This document shows, piece after piece, positions 24,806 to 36,848 of a DNA stretch of 64,000 nucleotides; positions within the stretch are counted from its first letter, which is position 1; each line of letters begins with the position of its first letter. Origin of the DNA: Felis catus. Its lineage: Eukaryota. The stretch is from the NCBI RefSeq assembly GCF_018350175.1, contig NC_058382.1:56608001-56672000 (forward strand). The letters run 5' to 3'. Made by a program: the position numbers and the translations under genes. Under the pieces are notes generated by a model that worked only from the letters and a program-made list of their open reading frames with translations, made no database searches and was not told where the DNA came from.

Positions 24806-25257
24806 TGAAGCATCTACTGGGAAGGATGGGTGTGCGTGCGTGTGTGTGAAATACACATATTTATATTTATGTATATATATAGGGTGGAGGCATACTAAAG
24901 ACTGACTCTTCTACACCATCTAATGAAGCGATTGTAAACTACATCTGTTAATAAGCACTTGCAATGTATTATATTTTGTTTTAGTCTTTTTTTCCTTTTG
25001 AATAGCTACAAATCTTAACCTATGAGAGATGTCAAAATAATGAAATCAACCTTTACCCCCTCTTAAAGCTATAGCCCATGTTCACTGTATTTTGTTCACT
25101 GCTGTTTCCTCCAAGCCTTTCGCCTCACCTGGCGTATAATAGGCACTTGGTGAATACGTGTGTTAGATAAGTAAACATGTGGTCTCATTGACCCCAGTAA
25201 TAACCCTTTACTGAACAGGTTTTATAGCCAATCGCTTTGAATAGTTATATTCAAGAG

Positions 25258-25480
25258 CATTGGTTTTATCCTGGATTGATTTTGCCACCCTCCCCCTGCC
25301 CACAAGAGCCATTTGACGGTGTCTAGAGGCATTTGGGGTTGTCACAACTAGGGTTGCTACTGGTATCTAGTGGGTGGAAGCCACAGAGGCTGCTCAGTAT
25401 CCCACAATGCATAGGACAGCCCCCACCACAAAGAATTATCCAGTCTCAAAGGTCAATAGTGCCAAGGTTGAGAAGACTTA
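25258..25480 (+). mobile_element. MER20 hAT MITE
   Basis: ttgtcacaact...ctactggtatctagtgggt...caatagtgccaaggttgagaa. Confidence 0.9.
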
Positions 25481-26505
25481 CCCTAGAGACTGCAAGAGGG
25501 GCTATTGCCAAATTTAAGAAAATATATAAAGAAGAATGTAACAATGCTCTTGGCCTAAAAGTCCATTTGATTGGTTATGTCGTTCTGGAGCAATTTCACT
25601 GCATAGTGTGCCTCCGTATTGGGATTTACAATGATGCGCCGTGCATGATGTTTGTTCTCAAGGACGTGTTTGGATTTTTTTAAGTGTCAAACAATGAATA
25701 GCAACAGACCCAAGGACTCAGCTGTTTTCTTGGTCTTGGAACCCATCACACTTTTTTTTTCCCCCAAAGAACGAAGTTGATAATCCAATGGTGAATGTAT
25801 TAGACTCAACTGTACTGATAAAGTTTCATCTCTGGAAGAACTTTGTGCCCTTAAATGTCTACCAAACTGTGATACACCGAATAAGGTATTCCATACGTAA
25901 TTTCAGTTACTTGATAATAAAAAGAAAAGTTTGAACACTTGAGCCAACTTTGGTGTGTGCAGCTGGGAGACCTTCCAGAGGCTTTCAAGGTCTGCCATGA
26001 ATGTATGATTTAGACCACAGCTCCTCAATCGTGACATTTAATCCATAGAGATAAATCATCATGCACCGTCAGTAGGGCTCTTTATGGATAAATAGGCTTG
26101 CAATAATTATGTTTAAAACTCCATCAGAGCCTCCATCAGAAAACCACCACCTTTTTTTGGTTGTTGTTTTATGTAAGAAACTAGATGATGAAACTGTTTC
26201 CTGACTGTGGCGCTCGGGACCAAATTAAATCAAAGTGAAAACAGTAAAACTAACTTTCCCTCGGTTGTCCTTGAGGTACACTGGGTATTCCCCTCCGCCC
26301 CAACAGATTAGACTTCATCAGGATGTGATCCTGACCTCAGTCTCTAAGATGCTGTGATGTGTGACAGTTAAGAGGACAGACTCTGGAAGCCGACTCTTAC
26401 TTATTGACTGTGTGGCCACAGACAAGTTATTTGACCTCTCTGTGCCTCAGTTTCCTCTTGTGTTAGATGGGAGAATAAAAGTCCCTAACTCATGGAGATG
26501 TTTTA

Positions 26506-26723
26506 TAAAAAATTTTTTTTCAACGTTTATTTATTTTTGGGACAGAGAGAGACAGAGCATGAATGGGGGAGGGGCAGAGAGAGAGGGAGACACAGAATCG
26601 GAAACAGGCTCCAGGCTCTGAGCCATCAGCCCAGAGCCTGACGCAGGGCTCGAACTCACGGACCGCGAGATCGTGACCTGGCTGAAGTCGGACGCTTAAC
26701 CGACTGCGCCACCCAGGTGCCCC
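26506..26723 (-). mobile_element. CAN-SINE inserted in a MIR, young
   Basis: perfect 16-bp TSD tcatggagatgtttta (26490-26505, 26725-26740); CpG-rich. Confidence 0.97.
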
Positions 26724-26902
26724 ATCATGGAGATGTTTTAAAAGATTACATGAATTAACATCCATGAAGCACTTAGAATAGGGAACATGTTCAGGTTAAT
26801 CCACATGTTTGATTAGTAAACTAAGGGCTTCACCCAGTGACCTTCACCTATCTTTGTGATTCTCCAATATACAGACCAAGCCAGAAAAAAAAATGGGCAT
26901 TC

Positions 26903-27122
26903 TTTTTTTTTAATGTTTTATTTATTGTTGAAAGAGAGAGAGAGACAGAGACAGAGTGTGAGCAGGTGAGGGGCAGAGAGAGAGGGAAACACAGAACCTG
27001 AAGCAGGCTCCAGGCTCTGAGCTGTCAGCACAGAACCCGATATGGGGCTTGAAACCATGAACTGCAAGATCATGACCTGGCCGAAGTTGGACATTCAACC
27101 GAATGAGCCACCCAGGCACCCC
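26903..27122 (-). mobile_element. CAN-SINE
   Basis: antisense SINEC; TSD-like aaaatgggc(a/t)ttctt. Confidence 0.95.
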
Positions 27123-27204
27123 GAAAATGGGCTTTCTTGATTGCCCCTTTTCCCACTTACTCCAAATCCACTTGGTATAATATGCTCTGATCTATAATAG
27201 TTCA

Positions 27205-27430
27205 TGACTAAACACCCATCAACAGATGAATGGATAAAGAAAACTTGGGAGGGGAGGGAAAGATGGGGAGTTGCTGTTTCACTGGTATAAAGTTCAACTT
27301 ATACAAGATAAGTAAGTTCCAGAGACAGGTTGTTCAACACTGTGCTCGTAGTTAACAATCCTGAGTGAGCACTTAACATTTTGGTAAGAAGGTAGATCTT
27401 GTGTTAAGTGTTCTTACCACACACAAAAAG
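27205..27430 (+). mobile_element. Old L1 3' UTR fragment
   Basis: ccatcaacagatgaatggataaag; gtagatcttgtgttaagtgttcttaccaca. Confidence 0.75.
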
Positions 27431-28025
27431 TAGAAATTAATGTGAGATTCAACTTAGAGTTAAGAGCAAATAAAGAGATTTGTTTTATGAAATGCATTTT
27501 CTCACTCCAAGATAGCCAGTCAGGTGCCCCAGCCCTGTCACATCAGCTCCTTAATATCTCCCACCTGCTCTCATCTCTTTCTGCCCACGGTGCTCACATC
27601 CGCTCTCTACAGATGCACTGACCGCATCCCTACTCTGTTTCACTACCCCCTGCAGCTAGTGAAACAGAAGCCTGATGCCCCTCAAAACCTCACGTCCTGC
27701 TTAAAATCCCACAGCGGTTCAAGAGGCATCCTATACCCACATCTGAGCCCCTGGATTGCTGTATCAGACTGTCCAGCAGAGAGCATCAGGGTCTTGTCCT
27801 GAAGGCTGTTCTAGAATCGAATAATACTACAGTGGTTTGTCTTTGGTGTTCACCGTGCTCCATCAACCCACGCCACTCCAGGGGTGGTTTCCAGCTCATG
27901 GAGATTTCAGATCCTAAGATGCTGGAGGAATGGGAGCTACCAAGTTGCCTGAACCGAATGGCACCAGCTCTGTATTGCTGGCTTCTTATTTTCCTATGGG
28001 TTCATTTAGAAATTTAAGCACCTGA

Positions 28026-28245
28026 GGCGTGCCTGGGCGGCTCAGTCGGTTGAGTGTCCAACTTCGGCTCAGGTCATGATCTAACTGTTCTTGGGTTCAA
28101 GCCCCACGTCGGGCTCTGTGCTGATAGCTCAGAGCCTGGAGCCTGCTTTGGATTCTGTGTCTCCCTCTCTCTATGCCCCTTTGCTGTTCATGCTCTGTCT
28201 CTTTCTCTCAAAAATAAACACTAAAAAAATATTTTTAAAAAAAGT
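28026..28245 (+). mobile_element. CAN-SINE
   Basis: 15-bp TSD aatttaagcacctga (28011-28025, 28246-28260). Confidence 0.96.
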
Positions 28246-29098
28246 AATTTAAGCACCTGAAGTGAATGTATTTGAGATGCCATGGTTGAAAACACCTAAC
28301 ACAGGGCCAAGTTCACAGTGACTTTCCATGATGATCTGTTACATCAGAGGTATATTTATTCACTTACCCACAACCTGTAGTCTTAATTTCTGGGAAAATA
28401 CATTGAAGTTCATTTATGGGTCAGATTTCAAACATAAGAGATAAGAGACATTATTTAAAGAATAGTAATACAAAATACAGAAAGCTAACGAGCTCTCATA
28501 CTAAAGCCTGCATGTAGACTATCGTTCCCACAACTCTCTATTTTTAAATTTCTTCTCCGTTTCACAATTGTACTCCCTAAAATGGCAGAACGATTGTCTG
28601 AAAATACTTCTTCTGATGCTGAATATATTCTGTATGTTTGAGATCATGCCAGAAGCTCCATGCACATGAAGAGCAGATATCTAAAAAGCAAACATTCACA
28701 GAGGGTTGAAATCCTAAAATATCCATCAGGAATGGTAATCATTGTAAATGGAGGAATTAATAGAGGCAAGACATTTGTCATGTGTGTCCTCATTACTAGC
28801 TTGGAGCACCTAACATAGTTTCTAAAGGAAAAGGAGAAAAAAACAAAGGAACACTACAATAATGAGAAAACTACAAGATTGGAAGCTAGGAAGGCACGAC
28901 TCAAATGGCAGCTTCCCATTAATAGCTGTGTGACCTTGGGAAGGTAGTTACCAGATTGGAGCTTGGTGTCCCCAACTTTAAAATCAGAGCAGTTCTAGTA
29001 ACTCCTACCTTGCAAGGCTGTTTTATTGGCAACAGTGGGGTCTGGCACATAGCAGTTACTTAAGAAAAAGAAGCTGCTATTTATAATTATTTTCCCAC

Positions 29099-29600
29099 TG
29101 TCACTGCCCTCCGGTTAGAGATCACCAGAAACATACCTGTAGTTAAGCAAGTGGGTTTATTGCTCATTACAAGGAGGGAGAGCTAGCCGTGGGGAGCCAT
29201 GGGGTACCCTTGTTAGGAGAGACTTATAGAATTTGGGCTCGGTATTAGCTGCCTTGGGGGAAGGTTCATAAAAGTGGAGCATTGCTCTGAATCAGAAGCT
29301 GCCAGGAAGCGGGAGTCATGCTATGACTGGGAACTTTATCTATACAAAGGGGCTAAGCTGAGGCTATAGCTGTAATCAGCAATGAGGCAGCCATCACTCA
29401 TGTTAGCCAGGAAGGGATCCATGTCCAGACTGATTTATGGAGTGACAGTGTTCTTGTCCCTGCTCCCCCATCATGCTCGCACAGCGGCCCTGTCTGGTGT
29501 TGATGTTCTGCGAAGCTGTTCATCTTCAACAGGAGAATGCCAACATCTAGCTGATGGTACCAGGCCAGGTCCTGGATGTCAACGGCTACTTTTCTCTTGC
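29099..29600 (-). mobile_element. Probable ERVL-class solo LTR
   Basis: gggtttattgctc...gagggagag...catgggg pattern of antisense ERVL LTRs; subfamily and boundaries uncertain. Confidence 0.45.
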
Positions 29601-29977
29601 TCCCCACATTCATTCAAGAAGTTTCGAGGGAGTGTTGCCAGTTCCAGTTTTCCTTAATCGAACACATTTTATATGCTATGAAAAAAATAGGTTAACAAAA
29701 CTTGATAACGTTGGTGCTAAGTGCAGAGAGGAAGATAATATAAGATAGCATGACCGAAGAAGAGTGACCGAAAAGGAGGGCAACTTGAATCGGTGTGTTC
29801 ACATTAGTCCACTCCAAGGAAGTAATGTTTCAGACAAGAAGAAAATGGTACCACCTGGAATCAGGGATGCATGTTCCGGACAAAGGCAATAGCAGTTTCA
29901 GAGGCTGACACCCAAAACAGCTTAGCCAAGGGAAGGTCTTGGGGGAAGAATATGCCAGGCAAAAGGAATAGGTATTT

Positions 29978-30186
29978 GGGGGCCACCTGGGTGGCTCAGT
30001 TGGTCAAGCATCCCACTCTTTATTTCTGGTCAGGTCATGATCCCACAGTCATGAGATCGAGCCCTGAGTCAGGCTCTGCATTGACAGCACAGAGCCTGGT
30101 TGGGATACTGTCCCTCTGCGCCTCCCCTATACATGCACACATTCGCACTGTCTCTTCCTCTCTCTCTGAAAATAAACTTAAAAAAG
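29978..30186 (+). mobile_element. CAN-SINE (older, diverged)
   Basis: cctgggtggctcagttggtcaagc head, aaaataaac tail. Confidence 0.92.
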
Positions 30187-30839
30187 AAGGGGCAGGCATT
30201 TCAAAGGTTCTGAAGTGAGAAAGCTTGAACACCAGTTTAGTTTTCTATCAACATGGTGCCCAACATAGAGAATGAGGCTGGACGGGTGGGCGGGAGAAAG
30301 ACTGTGTGTCTGTGCCTTGATAGGGGGTATTTTATTGTAGATGTGAGGAGAAATCATTGGATTATTTCTGTTCCTAGAAAGCTGCCATTTTCCCTGTGTG
30401 TGTGGAGAATGTCGGGGAATGGAGAGGGAGGACAGAGGTGGTACAGGAAGCAAAACAAAGCTTTCATCGCTAAGATGCAGTAGCGTTGGAATGTGGGCTC
30501 ACAGAACTGTGGACTGTTAGACTCACAACACTGAGAGGTATCTGATTACTGGTCTGACCCAGTCATCTCCTTTACATGTAGGAAGACAGGACAAAGTGAG
30601 TTGGCCACATCTCAGTATTTAGTTAGTAGCAGAGTTGAAAGAGACAAGCAGGGGCCAAGGCCTAGAATATTCCTCCATCCTATTGCCCTAAGCACTGTGG
30701 AAATAGAGACTCACTATACTGGGGGGAAGAGAAGTCTGCACTAAAAATTCCTCCTGTGATAGGGCACAGTCAGGAAATAGATAGTAATGGGAGAAGGGGA
30801 GTCCTGGTGTCCTTCCAGCATGACTATTTAGCCTTTCTA

Positions 30840-31050
30840 TTTTTTTTAAGTTTATTTATTTATTTTCAAGAGAGAGAGTGAGCATTAGCAGGGGAGGGGC
30901 AGAGAGAGAAATGGAGAGAGAGAATCCCAAGCAGGCTCTACACTGTCAGTGCAGACCCTGACATGGGGTTCCATCCCACAAACGTGAGATCATGAGCTGA
31001 GCTGAAATCAAGAGTTGGATGCTTAACCAACTGAGCCATTATGGTGCCCC
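30840..31050 (-). mobile_element. CAN-SINE
   Basis: antisense SINEC; TSD-like tagcct(t/c)tct. Confidence 0.93.
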
Positions 31051-31297
31051 TAGCCTCTCTTAATTGTCCACTTGGAGGTGTTTGCCAAGGAAGGGAGCAT
31101 GAACTGTGACCATGATCTACCCGGAAGGTAGACATCAAAATCCCCAAACCTGTGATTATTCTCTGACAAGACTGTTGGACTTCTAGGAATTCAACCTCAT
31201 AATATACGTAACGATGCATTTCACAATTTTATTATCTATTCTGTCATCAGAAAAGCATATAACCAGAAAAATTGTTTAATAAAAATTAAATGCTTTT

Positions 31298-31480
31298 GGA
31301 GCATCTGGGTGGCTCAGTCAGTTGAGTATCCAACTCTCGATTTCAGCTCAGGTCACGATTCCAAGGTCATGGGATCAAGCCCCGCATCAGGCTCCACATA
31401 ATGTGTGGAGCCTGCTTAAGATTCTCCTTCTCCCTCTGTCCCTCCTCTGCTGTGTGCTCTCTGTCTCTCTAAAGAAAATG
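31298..31480 (+). mobile_element. CAN-SINE (older subfamily)
   Basis: ctgggtggctcagtc head; TSD aaatgctttt. Confidence 0.92.
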
Positions 31481-32586
31481 AAATGCTTTTAATAAGAAAC
31501 TAGTTAACGTACGACACATCTATGGCCAATAGTCATGTGGCTTTTACTCTGTGTGGTTTGACCAGCTGTTCCTCCCCGTTCTGATTGGTGGGTAACCATG
31601 CTCTACCAGTTCAATACTTTGAGTGATAGAAAATGTGAATGATGAAATACTCTGCTTCAAAGATAACCGTGTAACTACTGGAGAAAAACCTCACGATGCA
31701 TTAAGGTTGACAAAAAGAAAGCTCTAGAACATCGGGACCTGTTTTGTCAAATCGATACAAAACTTACATTCCTATTGAAAGATTAGCAATGGCTTTCACT
31801 GGGTGGTGGACTTATGAGTGGTTTCTGTTTCTCACTTTTGGGTCACAGATCGTTTATAAATTTTCAAACAAGAACACGAATCACTCTTGTGATATGTGAC
31901 AGAAATGTTTGCATTCTCTTCTTTGGAGTTGGGTCGCCACCACCAGTGGCACCTCTAGCTAGGTGCCTGCTTGTCCTGGGGGGTCTTCTGACATCACAAC
32001 TGCCACCAGATGCTGTTGGAGCACGAGTGGATTTCATGATGTTTTGGCTCTGGAAAACTTAGGTTCCCCACTCCCTTGTCCAAGAGAAAATATTTTAGGA
32101 CATCAGGAAGGATGAAGCTATACCTGAGCCTTTTGTTAAGTACTACTGCATAGTAGGCTTTGCTCTGAGTACTTTTAAAGGTAGAATTTCATTGATGCAG
32201 CATCCTTACGACATGGGGATTAACAGTGGGGCATCATATATAAGGAGGTTGGAATTGAGAGAATTTGAAGGATTTGGCCTAGGGCACACAGTAAGGGTCT
32301 GATCACAGTGTAGAAGCTAAATATTTGTGTATACAACCAAAATGGCTATACCTAGACCTGTCAGCCAGAATGGAAAACTACACAGGCCATCTCTGATGTG
32401 TGTCCTCCCTATGCCCCAGGGCCGCCTCTGTCCTAACTCTGACTTTATTCCTACTTGTGTGCCCTAATGGGCACACATCATTTATTGTGTCTGGGCCTCA
32501 GTTTCCTAATCTGTATAATGGGACAAGGAGGCATTTGAAGTAGATAAATCTTAGCCTCCCATCAGCCTTAAAGAATGTAGGATTCT

Positions 32587-32834
32587 GGGGCAACTAGGTG
32601 GCTCAGTTGGTCAAGCATCTGACTTCGACTCAGGTCATGATCTCATGACTTATGAGTTCAAGCCCTGCATCAGACTCTGTGTCGACAGCTCAGAGCCTGG
32701 AGCCTGCTTCACATTCTGTGTCTCCCTCTCTCTTTCTCTGCCCTCCCTGGCTCATACTCTGTCTGTCTCTCTCAAAAATTGCTCTCAAAAATAAATAAAC
32801 ATGAAAACGAAATTATCTTAAAAAAAAGAAAAAA
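32587..32834 (+). mobile_element. CAN-SINE
   Basis: TSD atgtaggattct on both sides; CT tract and A tail. Confidence 0.95.
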
Positions 32835-34159
32835 GGATGTAGGATTCTACATGAGTTTGGATGAGATCTGCCCGAGGACCCTCCTCTGTCTTCCACCTCC
32901 ATGAAGAGCTATTTCAAAGCTATCAATCTGGTGACTCAGCTAAAACACCCATCTTCAAGGAGCACAAAGAAATCCTTGGCCAGTATCTTTCTAGATGCAA
33001 ATACTATGCTCCTGGATTGCACTTCACCTTGAAGAGACCGATGATGGATGAGCGAGATTCAGCTTTGTCCTGGAAAACTTTTACGTGGCGTTTCCCCCCC
33101 CCCCTTTTCTTTACAGATTTATAAAGTCAATGCTTCAGCTTTTCCCTGACATGAGGCTTGTGTTTTCTAGGGCTAGATGTAACAAAGAGCTTCCCAAATG
33201 ATCAGTGACACCCCAAGATCGAGCTGCATTTATGAAATGGTTCTTTAGAATCTCTCACTTCATTGGGAACAGTGAAATCAGAATGTTAGCTTAATACTCT
33301 GCCAGAAGTGCATGGAAAAGAGGTAGGATGTTTATAAATGAACATCCAGTGATGTGTGCTTGGTAATTTCATTCAAAGATGTAAAGGAAGAGATATTACA
33401 ACGGACATTTTTGTTATTTTGTCGAATCCTATTCACCAAAAAATATATATATAAAATTTCAACCTATATTCATGACCTTCAGGGACTTATTTTAAGATCA
33501 TATGGCTTTTCCTAAACAGCTGAATTATTTAGTGAGATTGAACTGTCAGAGACTTTAAAATAAAGCCCACCAAAATACCAGCCACTCTGGAGTGCTACAG
33601 CTGTTCAAGGCTTGATCTGCATATATCATCTCAGCCGACTGAAGCCTGCAACTGAAAAATAGCTCAGAAAATACTTACCACCTTCCATGCCAAATGCAAA
33701 AAGAATTCATCCGAAGCTGAGAATTTGATAGAGCGGGCGACCTACTCCTCCATTAACGTTCAGAATGGTTGATGGAGTTCTAGTTACTATTTCAGCCCTG
33801 TTTAAGCCCCCCCACTGAGAAAGTGGTCTGTGGCCCCCTTCCACCACAGGTGGTAGGGCCCGAGTGAATCAATATAAGGAGCAAGCTTGGAGCGTGGCAC
33901 CTGCAGATACGGCAACCATTAACAGCACATACATTTTCAATATATGTAGAATGCTATGAAGAAGTTTAACTTACACGTTTGTTGCCCAAATAGAGTGAAA
34001 TCAACAGTTTTAGCTCGTAAGGAATTTTTATAGACTGGTAGTACCTCGCTTTTCCCAAAGGATATAAAAAAGAACCAAGAATTCAAGAGTAACATGTTGA
34101 GTACCAAGCATTGTAAAGGGGCTCCCTAAAGGAATCGGTGGCCCCTCCCATGGAAGCAG

Positions 34160-34405
34160 ATGACGGTGGTGATGGTGGTTGTGGTTTTGATGGTGTTGGT
34201 GATGATCTTGGTGGTGACAGTGATGGTGGTGATTGATGATGACGGTGGTGGTGATGGTGTGATCTTGGTGACAACGACAATGATGAAGAGGATAGGAATG
34301 AAGACACTAATAATGACATTGCGGCTGCTGCTACTGATGGGATGACAGGGGTGATGACGGTGATGGTGACGGCATTGACGATGATGATTATGGTGGTGGT
34401 GATGG
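34160..34405 (+). repeat. Degenerate (GAT/GGT)n trinucleotide low-complexity tract
   Basis: seen directly; it generates the His/Thr/Val-rich ORFs here. Confidence 0.9.
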
Positions 34406-35596
34406 TAGAAGCTTACATTTATTGATCCCTTGTGATGCACCGAGTAATATGCTAACCACTGAATATTCATTATCTCCTTCAGTCTTCAGCAGCATTATAT
34501 CAGGTACATTACATGCCGTAATTTTCCCGTTTTATAGACGGTAAAGCCAAGGCTTAGAGATATTGAGGAACTTGCCCTAGGACAATCCTTCTTAAATTTC
34601 ATTGTACATTAGAATCACCCGGAAAGATTTTTAAAATCTTGACCCAAAGTTTAAAATAATTTGTTCAAGTTTGCAAAACTGGTGAGTGACAGAGCCAGGA
34701 TTCACAACTACCCCATCAGGCACCAGATTCATGCTCTTGCCCACTTCTCTGTGCAGTTTCCCTTGTAAAGATCCCTTAACAGTCTGACAGTGCCCTGGGA
34801 ACGATCACGGTCCTCATCCATGCCCTTGTTGTTTTTAATAATAATAAGCAGTGGACCAAAACGTAATGCTTTCAAGTAGAGTAGCAGATCTGTTGGGAAG
34901 TGTGCTAGAATCAGTCTGAATCTCTGTCCACCAAATGAATCTCAGTTTCACTCACAATATTCTATTCTGTTGAGGATACGCATGTGGTTATTTTTGCCTG
35001 AACGTATAAAATTCCACCCAAATATTAGCTGCTTTTTAAGTGTCTATAGTAGTTGGAACCCTGAGTCCCTAGAGATGGTGATAGAGGTACATGACGTATG
35101 GGAAGACATACAGGTTTCCAAATCAGTGAGTCAGGGCTGGCCTTGATGAAAAGAGAAGTTCACGGTGAACTCCCCAAATGCCTCTATCCCTGGGTTCCAG
35201 GTAAGAAATTAAAGCTCTGAAGAAATGCTGGCAAGGCTCACCCATGTTTCTAATCCAAAGGACCAGGATTGTTTCAAATGAGACCATGCTAGTTAATTAA
35301 GGCTCTGCCTCTCTGGGATTAATTACATTTTTATATCCTTAATTTAATTTTCAAACTAACATTTTCCATGGCCGTGGAATCTGATTAGACCCACATATAT
35401 GAGCTCTTTTCATGCCAGCTCCTACTTTCTCACTTAATCCCTGTACAACATCAACACATGGGTAATAGTGTTCCCATTTTACAGATGAAGAAACTGAGGT
35501 TAAGAGAAGTTAAAGAGTGTTTTCAAGATTAACAACCACATCATTTTCACCTGGTTGAGTCATTTTAGACAGAAGGAAAAAAAAGTTGTTTTAAAT

Positions 35597-35798
35597 TATT
35601 TTTTTATGTTTATTTATTTTTGAGAGAGAGAGCACAAGCAGAGGAGGGAAGAGAGAGACAGAGACGCAGAATCTGAAGCAGGTTCCAGGCTCTGAGCTGT
35701 CAGCCCAGAGCCCGACGCAGGGCTTGAACTCTTGAACTGCGAGATTGTGACCTGAGCCCAAGTCAGACGCTCAACCGACTGAGCCACCCAGGTGCCCC
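35597..35798 (-). mobile_element. CAN-SINE
   Basis: antisense SINEC; TSD-like gaaaaaagtt(g/a)ttttaaa. Confidence 0.95.
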
Positions 35799-36819
35799 AG
35801 AAAAAAGTTATTTTAAAAAATCTCCATAAGTTTTCCCTAAAATGAATTTCTGGCCTAGAAAACCTGCCATTTTCACACTTGACCTCAATTTTCCCACATT
35901 CTGTGTTATTAAGGAGGCGGCTTTATCACCTGGCTGCAGAGATAAGGAGGCTAAGACTCAAGATGATAGCTTTCCCAGGTGTGTGAACATCTCACAAAGG
36001 TGTCAAAGGCTTTCACACGTGGCTTTTATGTGTCCCCACAAATTTTTGTTGGATAAAGATAGTCATGTTTTTCCCTCTCCCTGTTTTTTCTATCTTTTTG
36101 CCTTTAGAATTCAGAATGGATGCCTTCATCATTTGGCTAAATAAAACTGAATGGTTGAAATTTTTAAGCTTCACAGTTAGAAGCTATTGTAAGCATTTCA
36201 AAAATTGTCAAAAGGAGGGCAGGGAGGAACATTAAGTCTAGAAATAGAACTCAGAATTTTTAGTCTCCATTGATGTGGGTACTTGGGGAGATACCAAAGT
36301 AGTAAGAACATGATTCCTGCAAATGATTCCAGGCATCAGATAGTTCATGGATGTCTGTGCCTGCTGATGCAAAAATGCAACAACAGGTTTCCAAGGAATC
36401 ATTTGTCTCCTAGCCCCCCAGATATTTCTCATTAGGTATAAAAATACACAAGGAGGTACATTAGCTAAATTTGGAACTAGGTGCGTAGAGATAGATGGGT
36501 CAGGAGAGGCTTTTTTAATGGAAGTGGCTTGTTGAGATCAGTTTCCTCTTTTCAATGTTAAGAGTGCCATGCCTCCAGGTTTATAACATAGTTTAAATCA
36601 TTCTCAGCCTCAGAGAGGGAAAAGAGGGGCAGAAAATGAAAATTAGCAGAGCACAGATGTTCCTTTTTCTGAATGATGGAAGAAAAGCCAAAGAGGTATT
36701 TATTATGAATTAATGTAACAAATTCTGCCTTAAGTTTTCAAGTTATGGCGTTTGGGTTTTTTAAAGATGGACCACGTTTGCCCCTGTCTCAAGGGAGAGC
36801 CCACTCTTCAATGATAGGT

Positions 36820-36848
36820 TACTGCCACCTGGTGGCAGTATACCTGCA
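36820..36848 (-). promoter_or_regulatory. Predicted CTCF binding site
   Basis: Minus strand reads tgcaggtatactgCCACCAGGTGGCAGta: consensus CTCF core plus an upstream TGCAG element. Confidence 0.7.

Noticed and set aside
34083..34470. His/Thr/Pro-rich ORFs
   Set aside because: Translations of a GAT/GGT low-complexity tract.
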